Assembly (NCBI RefSeq): GCF_000150275.1
Contig: NW_002060943.1
Span: 9,580,209 to 9,644,208, forward strand
Reading direction: 5' to 3'
DNA from: Trichoplax adhaerens
Taxonomy: Eukaryota > Animalia > Placozoa
Length of the DNA stretch: 64,000 nucleotides
Positions 31,601-51,118 of this stretch are shown one piece after another. The notes below the pieces were generated by a model. That model searched no databases, was not told the DNA's origin, and saw only the letters and a program-made list of their open reading frames with translations. The position numbers and the translations under genes are program-made. Position 1 is the first letter of the stretch, and each line of letters starts with the position of its first letter.

Positions 31601-32547
31601 ATCCTCTTCAAATTTTTTCGTTGTTAATTATTTATAATTCGCTTTATGAAATATTTAAATAGGAGGGTACGCAGTGATTGATATTGCTTTAGTTTAGTAA
31701 ATGCCATTCATGGCCATGTATAGATTAGAAGTTTAGGGGTTAACTAATGAATACTGTAACCAACTGTAAATCCATCATAGATTCTACAATAGTGTCGTTA
31801 CTGATAAAACATAGCTTATAATGATATGTCCATGGGTATCCATATCCTAAAACAACCCGTCTTTCGTGTATACTGTAGTACTGTAACTACGACTGCAATC
31901 TCCGATAATATTAAACCGTGATAGGTACTAGGCGACATAATTTATAGTTTATGCGCAACTGCTGAATTAAGCCAAAGGCGAAGGATACTGTCTAAGTATC
32001 ACTGCATTTATACACGTAGTGACATCTTGCATAGGTTGCCCGTACAGGTATTGTTATAGAATTATAGAGCCTTTATAGCAAAAAGGAGAGAGTACACAAA
32101 TTTTTCATAAAATAAGGGTATTTTTACAATTAAAGACCGCAATATGTGCATATTCTCATAGGAAAAAGATAAACACTCCACTTACAGAGGCTTTATTGAC
32201 TAGCTTCTAAATGCCAGCAAAGCAGAGAAATAACTACTAATCAACTCTGTTGCTGTCCGATAAGTACACTTTTTAGCACATAGTACATTGCGTGTAACAT
32301 GTTTTTCTACATACTACCAAATCAAGGTACAGCATTATATCATATAATATATATATATATGTACCATAAAATTGGTTATATATTAATTACGTATATATAT
32401 GGTTTTATTGCACTGTTATTCGTTGACGGACCATCAAGTATCCACATGATAAGCAACTGGAAAGAACGTAAATCCCGTTCTCATAGCTGACCAATAGGGA
32501 ACAGAAACTTGTGCTATAGCTATTGTGAGAGTTTTACGAGCTAAGAG

Positions 32548-39833
<7,286 letters not shown>

Positions 39834-40019
39834 TTTACAAGTGCAGTAGGTCTTTCCGAGTTATAGTTGAGGTTGTGCTGACAACAGCAAATTCATTAAA
39901 TAACGTTGTCAGTAAGCCACCAGCAACTAGTGTCGTTTTATAAGAAGTTGTCGGTACTAGACAGTACATTGACAGTAGAGTTTCTATGGGCAGAGACGTA
40001 CCATACTGCGTCCCAAACT

Positions 40020-40400
40020 GGCTGTACTGTACAGTGTACAGTGTACAATACAATAACCTCCACAGTACTATGCACTGTAGTGCATCTGGAACAGTAAACT
40101 GTACAGTGTACAGTACTGTATACGAAAGGGTTTTGCGTTAGAGCTTCTTGATCACCATCGCTACTTCTAGTCGAGCTACTGCAAAATATGCAGCATTCAC
40201 AAATATTCTACAAAGTAACATGCAAAAATTCAATTTAATTTAGTCATACTCGGTACAAATAGACAGTATCAAATGTTGTATTGTCACTGCAGTACAGTAT
40301 AATTCACAAGGAAGGGCTCCACTAGTTCAATATTAATAAATTAATATATACTCGTATATATATATACTGTACTGTACAGTACTGCATAATAGAAGTACTT
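40020..40400. repeat. TACAG/CTGTA tract in the QARS/claret-like divergent promoter
   Basis: ctgtactgtacagtgtacagtgtac (40022-40046), ctgtacagtgtacagtactgta (~40099-40120), tactgtactgtacagtactg (~40365-40384). Confidence 0.85.
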
Positions 40401-40498
40401 TAAAATTATAAGTTAATTCAATGCCCAATGTCGAAGCTACATGAAGAGCTTTAAAGGCTGAAACTTGGGATATTAGATAGCGTACCGCATCAGTGGTT

Positions 40499-43400
40499 AT
40501 GGCTGAAGTCTTTCTGTACAGGTTGGACCATGTTCTTGGGATCACAGGTAGTTATAGGCTTTTTCTTCTTTATAGTAGTATTCAAACTATCATCATTATT
40601 TCTTGACAGTAAACTGTTCTGCACTGACTACCGAGTTGTGCATCTCTACCTCAGTGTAGAGATACGAATAATATATAAGCAAAGTAACATTTCATGACAC
40701 CATAACAGGAATGCTGCCATACTGTACAGTACATGAGTATACAGTGATACATTGACGACGAAAACACCTGTTTAATTAGGATCAGTCAGATCAGAAATTG
40801 TAGCTAACTATTAAAATAGATTTTATCAGCTCCTAATTGTTAGTATTCTTGCGTACTATGCTTAATTTCATAAATAGTATATTATAGTAAATGAATATTA
40901 TTGTATTCGTAAGTACTATATCGTAGTGTACTGAAGTCGATGAAATAGTGAAATCTGAAATCTCGCTTAGTAATTTCAATTTGAAAAGTATTTGACATTA
41001 TTACTATACTTGGATCTGCTCAGTTGCAGTGAAAAGCCTAAACAATGGGATATGCTATTAAAGATATTGTAGAGATATATCACGTTCATTTTACAACTGC
41101 GGTTAGATATGATCACTTTGGTACTGTGTGAACTTTACATAATGAATGAATTAATTATTGAACGATTGCAATTATGTAACGTGCTCGAACTTCATATTTG
41201 TGTAATTAATTATTCCACGCTGTAAATATGAATAGCCATGTCATGGACGCTGTTGATATACGAGTATATATGCGTATAAGCAATAACAAATGACCTCGGC
41301 GAAACTTGCCCAATGCACAGTAGTTATGGCCTTCTACTACTATTATAACATGGATTGTTAATTCAATTTTTATTACATAAAATAGGTAAAAATAATCAGG
41401 AGAGAATCCAAACTGTGAGTTATAAATTATCTAGGAAATGCGTGGCGTTAGCGTTGGCTACAGCAAATGGTTTGTTAAGTATCGCATTGCTTTTATCACA
41501 CATATATATATAAATATAATTGATTAATTAATGCTGTATTCTGTACTAACTAGTAAACATTAGAATAATGATGAAGTTATAATGATATTTTGCCTCATAT
41601 TATAAATACGCGTATTAGATCCAGTTACCCCCACAATACCACAGATCATTTTGGACATCATAACAATTACCTACAGTAATTTGGTTACTTTATATAATGT
41701 AATAATTCTAATGTCATTTTTTATCAGGGAATTTAATTTTACGCTTTGAAGAAAATGCTAAAACCAACACTAGGATCTTACCATGGCTTAGAGTAAGCGT
41801 TTTTAATTTCCTGTAGGATATACTTTAAGTACAAGTCGAGCCAGTCATATTAGCACTCATTATGGTATATTTCAATTTTCATTACTACATTTACCTCAAA
41901 TCCTTCTGAAACAAAAGAATCCTCAATATGCTATAAGGGCGATGACGTTCAGTCCAGATGGTAAATGGTTGGTTTGTGTGTGTATAAACTCGGTACTATT
42001 CATCGTACCTGCTTTAACCTTAGTGAAGGTAAGCAATCGATTTGATATGGACCAAAATAAATTTGCCAGATAACGATTTAACTTTTATATCTGTCTTATT
42101 AGTCGATTACTTCAAGCTAAATTAGCGAAGGCACCACAATTCTCGTATCTACTTCATTATTGTTAAATATTCATTGATAGTTATCAGTGATATTACCTTT
42201 TATTTGTAAGACAGACATTTATGGTATCTATGTACAAGAATAATAGTACATAAAATCTTCTGCAAGTAGTGTGTGATACTGGTATTAGATAAAAATCATT
42301 TTATGATAGCTTAAGTATAAATATAATACTACTATACTATTCTTAAGTTAGCTTTTATATGATTATAATTATAGATTGCTTATTTTCTTTTGTTTTCTTG
42401 ACAGCCTAAAAGTCTCTCCGGTCATCCTTTATGGTCAATTTACGATCTAACAGAAATCACAGATACTGAAATCAGCGGTAAGTCATATTGTGCCTAATCA
42501 ATTCATATTACGTTATCGTTAAGATTCTTTTATATTCGAGGATTTAACCGTAGAGGTATTATTGATAGTTAAACGGAAACAGCTCTTATTCGAAGGTTAC
42601 AGTATATAACCAACTTTACTGATCTTTGTTTATATTGGAAGAATGCAATAATTAAATTTAATTTATTAAAAGTTTCTATGTTACATGAATTATAATATTC
42701 CATTCCAGAATCTTTTACGAGATTTAAAGTTACTGTAGCAATTATATTTTTACCGCATATGCACTCGATCTTTTACAATTAGAAATATGCTAGTTATAGT
42801 TGTATTGATTTCTAATACGATATTGCAATGCAGTGTTAACTCTAATGTAAACTATACTGCTTTACATCGAATGTGGTTAACTGTTTATTCAGGAAATGCA
42901 ACATGTGTGGTCTGGTGGTATTCCATGGATAATAAGCACCTGGCTATTGTTGGATGCGAGGTGAGAGACTGTACAGTACTTTGCTGTATTCTTGCATATG
43001 CACCATTAGTCTATTAGATTGCGAATGATCAAGCTTGTAAGAACGTTTTTAACATTTTAGCCTTCCTAAATGTTATACAAGCGATATATTTCATACGCGG
43101 CCTCTAATTCTTATTTTATGTTTGGACAATAATACGTCGAAGGATGGTGAGGTTGTCTTTATCGATCTAGTACTAAGACGTAAAGTAACAGGATTCAAAC
43201 TTGATAATACTACAATTAAGTCAATGGATATTGTTCGAGATTTTTCCGAAACTGCCAGCTATCTATTAGTAAGTTTGAATAATGCTAGTTTACTGTAAAT
43301 GTCAATAAAAAATACTGCAGATTTGTAACGATGACATGTAAAGTTGTGCTGTTGCGATGATGTTTATATTTTGATGGTAGGATTATATGGAATTAAAATA

Positions 43401-46400
43401 TAAATTCCATAATTGACATTAAAAGTAGGTCCTACTTAATTATGACATTAGATACACACTGTTGATTACTCTCTGAGAATGATGCTAGAATTAATCGAAA
43501 AGCGCTTCGATTTAAATTCGTTGAAAAGTATGCTTCATTTAGACGAGTTACAATATCGTGCACTCCTTTCGGAAATCAAGGTAAGTTAATTGAATAATAG
43601 CAAGCTTTATCTCGAATGCAGCAAATCTAACAGCGTGATTGTAAAACTAGTATTCTAGACGTGATACGGTTATCACTTTGCAAAGTGGAAAAGGAAGGCA
43701 TTACCTTGTATCTCATAATTACAAGACTAATCAAGTGCAGGTATAAATCTCTTTCGATCACATAACACTCACACTCTACTATAGATAACTATGTAATGTA
43801 ATCAAGATCTTCATAAGGACGACATTATTTCAGTTAAAATTATAATAGCTTCCTTAGAATATAGAGTGTTAATATTTAAAATACGATCTACTATACTGAA
43901 TTAGATTTATGATCCTGAAATTGACAAGCAGCCCTTGTTTGAGTTTAAAATTTTCACTGGTGCCTCACATCTTTGCTGGAACGACAAACTCATGTTTACA
44001 GTGACATCAGAAGAATGGAACCGAAAACTTTATATTTTATCAAGTCGACTGGCGGAAGTTAATAAGCAGAACAATGTAGCTTGCATACTTGCTTTAATTG
44101 TACTAGATTACGTATTCTATGCTAATGAAATCATTCATTATTTCAGGACTTCAACTACGATAGCATCATTCAATCTTTTCAAATGCCTCGTGAGGATATA
44201 ATACAGATATTTATCAAGGAAGAAGCTATCCCTTTTGCTTATACAGCAGGTTTTCAATCGGAAAATGTAGCTTTACCGACGTGCGTAATAGTAACATCCT
44301 GTGGAATTTACGAATGCAGGCAACGGTTAGTTTGTTAATAAAAGACGTCCGTATTAAATTTTTTACTAATTAAATGTTATAACTACTTTTAGTTTACATG
44401 CTGAAGATATTTTGCTAGAGTTAATCCTTTCATCAGCTTATAAAGACTATCAAAGAGCTGAAAAATTCGGATTTGCCTTGCATCTAGATATCGACAGGAT
44501 TTATCAAGTAATTGCTATAAATTAATTATTTAATAAACTATAATTTGTGGCGTAAAGGCGATAATGAAGGGCTTTTATACTTTTATAAAGATAGCAGCTG
44601 AAGAGAAATTAGAATCTAAGTGTTATACACAATGCCAGAAATTACTCAAGCGTTCTAGGGTTAATTATATAATTATCTATATGTGTTGATATAGGATGCG
44701 TATGAGTAGTTTATATCTTTTGTGACTAGTTTATAATCTTAATCACTGTCGTATAATTGCATGGCTACATGAAACGACGATGAATATGATTATAACTCTG
44801 ATATGATTGTACTAGGCTGAACCCGTAAATGTTGTTCGAGCGTTCTATCGACGAGATCGAATTAGCGATTCCGTTATATATTTGAAACAGGTTTGCGCGA
44901 TGTAGTGCTGACGCATTTTACCGTACTTTACTTATGACTAAATTTTACGGTTAGGTTTCAGCAAATCTGAAGGATCGAGGTACCAGAAGTGTAATCAAAA
45001 TCTCAAATACTACAGCTTTCTGTTATATAATGCAGGTAAATAATTTTGGTTGCAATTTGGTTCTTCGAAGTAATTAAAATATGATCGTAATTGAATTTTA
45101 ACGCAGTTACTAATTCAAGCTGCAAATGGTAAAAGTGGTCACGCGCTAAGGGAATCTTTCAGGTTATTTACGTTAACTGATCGATTGCATTGTCTACTCC
45201 TTTTATAGAACAGCTAATAACATGTTATTTTCTATTTTGAATTTGTATTTGAAAATTCTTTCCTCCTCACTGTATCGTCTGCCTCTAGCCAATTTTTAAA
45301 GAGAAACGAGAGCTTTACTACCGAATTTGTATTAAAAAAATTAATTCTGACTGGTTTGACTGACTTCATTTTCGAAGTAGCGAAGGTTTGAGACGCATAG
45401 AAACGTGCTACGCCATTGTACTTTGTACTTCTTATCGATGTGGCCTTTATTTATTACTGTGATACTACATTGTATATACTAACAAGGGATTTACTTTCTA
45501 GACTCGTGGCGAAATTGTTTTTGTGATGGGATCTATAGTTGACCGGGGACATATGCATATAAATATAGCAGCTCAAGACTTCCTCTTTACTAATCACTTA
45601 ATAACAGACGTCTGCCGAATATGCAACGGTGAGAATAGAGAAATTAGATTGATTCGTAAATTGTGAATACTGTATTAACTTATTGAATAGGTGCTGTGGG
45701 TGAGATTTACTTCTTGTCAGGATTTTTATATGTTTGCACGACTTGTAGATCAAATAGTTTTGCTAAATTAACAACATTGAACACTTAATAATAGGGGCTC
45801 TGCTTCGGAGTATGTCAATGGGTAGCTTTATCAAATTTCTATTATCAGAGGTAACTTTGCAGTTGCATTGTGTTATTACATCTACGCAATCATTCACGAC
45901 AACACTCTTATAACCGTTATAGGAGGATCTATTTCCCCGATACTTTGAATATGTCAGATTTCTACTACCAACATTAGATCCTGCCATACTGACATTTTTA
46001 GCTCAACAATTAGATCCTCTTTCTACCTCTCTTAAATGCTGGCAAGATGAAGTTGCTGTTATAAGGCAATGTTTAAGTGTAAAAGCATTAATTAAATCTT
46101 AACATTAACGAGGATTTTTTTCAAAACTCTTTAGAAATGCTGTAGGCTGGCATTCCAAAATTGATGTTCATTTAATACCTAAGGTTGTTACTTCAACTGT
46201 GTACGCTGTTACTGTCATGCACCTCTACAAGTGCAATTAAAAAGGTTCCCTGTACAACTATATAAACGCTAAACTTTTGCGGTATGTTTCAGAACCTTTG
46301 CTATTCTGGTGTGATGGTTGAATTATTTTTAATAGTTCTAGTGGGTCTGTCCAGTAAGAAGCATACTTCGCTCCTAAGGTATTGCTTATTTAAAATGTGA

Positions 46401-49400
46401 CATCTATACGTACGTAATGGCAGATATTGAGATAGAAGAGTTGAATATGGGACCCGTGATCGTAGGCGGTTTAATTTTTTATCTTGAGATTAATAATCAC
46501 GATTAGTATTAACGAGTTGTTATTTTATTTGTTTATTTTTTACGCAATTAGAAAGAAAGATTTAGCAAAAGTAAAGTCTGTAAGTGAGGCTTGTTCAAAT
46601 ATTGTAATATATGATCTATAGCTTCGATTTGAGATGGGATATTTCAATGCATTGACTTGTTTTTATTTTATTTGTTTTGTACTGTATCCACTATCCTGAT
46701 GTTATATAACAAAAGATGTCCTGCGGCCCTGCGCATTGTGCCATTGTCGTTGAAAATGAAGTCCACACATTGAGCTATGGACTTAATCATGATGGCAAGC
46801 TTAATAAACAAGATGGGTTCCTTATGAGTGTTATAAGGCTATCTCCTTTTGAAAAGTATTGCTGTCAAGAAATATATAATTTCTACGTGTGATATGCGCT
46901 ATCGTATTCATCAATCGTGTTCAAATTTATTTGGTATAGAATCGCTATTAAAGAAGTTTCTTGTGGTGCTGAGCATACGGTGGCATTAACTAAGCAGGGT
47001 GTTAGTTGTGCTGTTTATTAATGATATATTTCTCAATAAATAAAATTCTCTATTAAGTCATTCACTTTTATTTTTTATTTTATAACTTTTTATTTAGGTG
47101 ATTTATGGTTGGGGATCTTCCAGTTTCGGTCAGGTAACAATTGCTATAACTAATTCATTTATTAAATTTATTTTACTAAATTATCTCAGTGCTGCTTTAT
47201 TATTACTGAATTAAAGCTGGGATCAGAGGCTGGTTGTTGTTACCAACAGCCATCATTGATTGGGTTTTTCAACAATCCTTGCATTACTGTCGCTTGTGGC
47301 TTTTATCATACCTTGACTATCACTGACGATCATTCCCTTTGGAGCTGGGGATGGGGTATCCATGGTCAGCTTGGTCACAGCAGGTATGAAAATTGCCATA
47401 TACCGTCTTTAGTTAAACCGGATGATTGTCAACATTGGTGTCCCATCAAAATTTCAGCTGGATATGCTCATTCGGCCGTTTTAACAGAAAAAGTGTGTAT
47501 TTAATATTTTTTCTTTCACGATACATCCATTTATGAACCTGTAATTAACTTTGATCATGATCATTCATTTTTCGTGTGAAGGGTTCAGTTTACACATTCG
47601 GGTCAAGTAAGTTCTGATGTCAAGACGGTATTCATATTTTATGTATTAAATTTTAATTTCGTTGGCAGATATTTATGGTCAGTGTGGTCTAAGCTTTGAA
47701 CTGCGCAAGCAAGTCAAACCGAGATTAATAAATTCTTTCGAATCTGCGCGGTTGCTCAACTGTGGGCCATTTCATATGGTTTGATTAATATTAACGATTA
47801 ACTAATGAACACAATGATACAAATAGTGTAGCTTAGGAAATGCCTCTTACTAACAATAATTATATAAAAATAATCGTTGGTATCATTATTTTTACACCTG
47901 CTCTAATTTATTGCATCTTTAATTCCCTGTAGGCTGTAGTTACCTATGACGAGATTACTTTTGTTTGGGGTAGGAGCCAACAGGACAATTTAAAAGTAAC
48001 TGTTTCATATTTTTAATGAAAAGTTGCTTTTGCTACTTTACCTTGGTTATTTACTTAAAAGTAATACAATGTCGTCTAGAAGTCTCTTAATCCTCAAAGC
48101 TATGACAGGCTGCAGAAAAATTTATATTTGGGTGATGGCAAAGAATTTCATGTGTTTGAGCCTAAGCAGGTCTTGATACCAACTAGGGGAAAAATCCTAC
48201 AGGTATTAGTAGGAGTCTGTATTTACGATTATAAATTTTACGCAAATATCATTATGAATAGTATTTATTATGCTAAGGGTTCTAATCTGAATTTGTTTGT
48301 TAGGTCAGCTGTGGTTTGGATTATACAATTGTTTTGGTGAAAGGAGGGAGTGTTTTCATCATTCGTCGTGGCTGTATTAAAGAAGTAGCTACCAACGTAA
48401 ATACATAAAGAATGCTTCGTTGTATTTGTATGAAGGTATTAGAAAGCTTTTTATTTTCTATCCTAGTCAAGAAGCTGGAATGGCCCTAAGAATATTCAAA
48501 GTGTCTGTGGTGGATACTTCTATTCAGTCCTTACTGATGACCTAGGCAGAGCGTGGGTTATAGATCAAGTAATGCTGTTATTTAGACGTGATCTTCCGAT
48601 ATACAGGAATTAATATGGTACTACTTACAGTATGCGCCATTTGACGTTTATCTAATTGCATTTTTGTCTCTTACCAATTTATAGATTTTTGATGATGTTA
48701 AATGTCACATTGTTAAAAACATAACTACCACTTCTGGTATTGATGAGAGAAAATCCCTTAATGACATTGAGCAGGTAAAAGTACAAGTAAATTTTGTTAT
48801 CACTTATTTCTTTAATTGTTTACTTCTTTTATTGAAATGAACTTTAGGATGGAAATAAGTTGATAACCAAAGTCGATTCCAGTAATAATAATCTAGAAAG
48901 TGATATCTCATTTAAACCATACAACTACGATTCTGTAGGAATTGCACTCTCAATGTTAAAAGGAATATATAATAACGAAAATTTGATAAGGTGTGTATTA
49001 TGTCGATGATTATTATTTTGTATTGCTGTTATTTTTATATTTTGTGATAGCACGCATGTATAATATTCATTGATATCTTAAATATAGGTTTTGCATAGAT
49101 GGTATGCATTGGGAATTCGTGTCAAAACTTTTCGACAATTGTAACTTAATTCCTCAGGTAAGAAGCTTTATTACTTGACAGTAGCCTTTTTAAGTAGAAT
49201 TTACCACATTGAACTATATTATGAACGGCAGACGTACAGATATCAGCTGAAGTCAATTCTCCAGCACCATAATGAAGGCATCGTTGACCGCATGATTACC
49301 GTTACAAAGGAATGTCTCCAGTTAGTTAAGGAAATATTAATGGATTAGAATATTGGATTAGCTCTTAGGTGATTAATTATTTTTAATTAATACCGTTGAC

Positions 49401-50562
49401 TTAAGGAATTATGCAGGTATGGTCAGTGATAATAAACAAACTGAAATTGAAAGACTAGGTAGTTGGCTTGTAGGAGAGGTGAGGGAGGAATTAAATGAAT
49501 TAGCTATCTGGGTTCGATTTAAGAATTTGTACGATAAGTTTCTATCATGTTCTTAGCGATTGTTTATACTTCATATGCAGATATTTAATGCTTGGAAAGT
49601 AGTCAATATGCCAAACGAAGCCATTGAAAATATTTTGATGGACTATTTAGAAGTTCTATCGAGATGTTTGATTTACTTGTTGTATAAGTAAGTCTGTGCG
49701 ATTCCTAAATACTGACCAATAATAATTCTGAAAATTTTTACGAGGTTTTCTTGTTAGTGATTGCGTCTCTTTAATCCACATAGGCAATCGCATAATGGGA
49801 ATGTCAATATTCATAGTTATATGAATCGAAAAATATTCACTCCTAGCATGTGTTTCAATGTTAAATTTATAAATGTTGCTTTACAAATGCTGGAGAATGA
49901 TAAGTTATCCTATGCAGAAGTTTACCAAGCTCGTTTTAGATCCCATTCCAGCAACGATGGCCTAATCGCACGGCATTTTTGTCGTGATACAGGCAAAAAT
50001 TTCGATACTTATAAGCGTAGATGGCAGCAAGTTGCTAATAACGTCGACAAGGATATATCATACGAACAGTGCCTTTCAGTATCACCTGCGTTGAAAAGGG
50101 TCAGCAGTGGTAGCTCATTCGATATCTTGCGCAGGTAATGGCATATCTATTAATAATCCGTTTGATATTGTAGGTATTTAACTGCCCTATATCTATTACC
50201 GGAACTTTAATGTATTTAATTATTATACTCCGATTGATATTTTCCAATCTCCTCTCATAAAAATTAAAACAGTTTTCCTCTACCTATATTTATTGAACTA
50301 ATGCTTGATGCTGCTTTGTAGGGATGAAGATGATGTTGAATCTAGGAATATTGTTATCTTCGGTTGTGGTCATAGTTATAGCAGAGATTACTTTGATTCG
50401 CATGTTCTTAAAGGTTACTTGGACAGGTCAAAACTCAGAGATGATAAGGAAGCCACCTTTTCTAAGACTTTAATCAGATTATATTCGCGTGCCGTCACTG
50501 AACAGAAAATTCCATCTGCTTGTATAATTTGTGTTTCTAAAATTTTATCTGCTTTAAAATAG
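40499..50562 (+). CDS. Large RCC1-repeat protein with N-terminal beta-propeller-like region and C-terminal Cys/His motif; claret/GLO-4-like putative Rab GEF
   Basis: Inferred start MAEVFLYRLDHVLGITG|KNNQERIQTV...; IRAMTFSPDGKWLVCVC; ATCVVWWYSMDNKHLAIVG. RCC1 repeats EVSCGAEHTVAL, VACGFYHTLTITDDHSLWSWGWGIHGQLGH, ISAGYAHSAVLT, CGPFHM, SCGLDYT. C-terminus VIFGCGHSY...ACIICV. The RCC1 call is strong; the claret orthology and the start codon are inference. Confidence 0.8.
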
Positions 50563-51118
50563 ATTGTGAATATGGAATGGATCTCACTATAAATTTGTTG
50601 GGAACAGCATATATATATATATGAGGCACAATGATTTATTACCTTACCTAGTACAAAATAATCTATTTTCATGATTCGTTGACGCAGTCAATAATTATTA
50701 AGATCGTAGAATTGAAAAATATAGCTTAAATGAAAGGCAGTTGCATTGCTGTGACTGTAATTACGCTAGTTCTTCAGGATGATTCAAGTACTGTAAATTT
50801 CCATTTTGATGCTTTTATTGCGACCTTACTTTAAGTTTAAATTATAATTACCGAGAACTACGATTCACGACTAATAGGATAAGTCGTGTAGTCTTTATGA
50901 TGATATTTTTAGCTATTACCAAAGAAAATATGTTCGTATTTAGGGAGATTGCTTGTACTAAAATATTTAGCAATTATTGCACGATTTGATATCGCTAGAT
51001 CTAGCAGAAATTAAAATAAAATAAGACTTTCGTTCGCCGTCATTTGATACACCTGAGAACAATTTTAGGTATATAATTACAAAAACGTCTTATACTCTAT
51101 GACATGAAACATCCTGTA

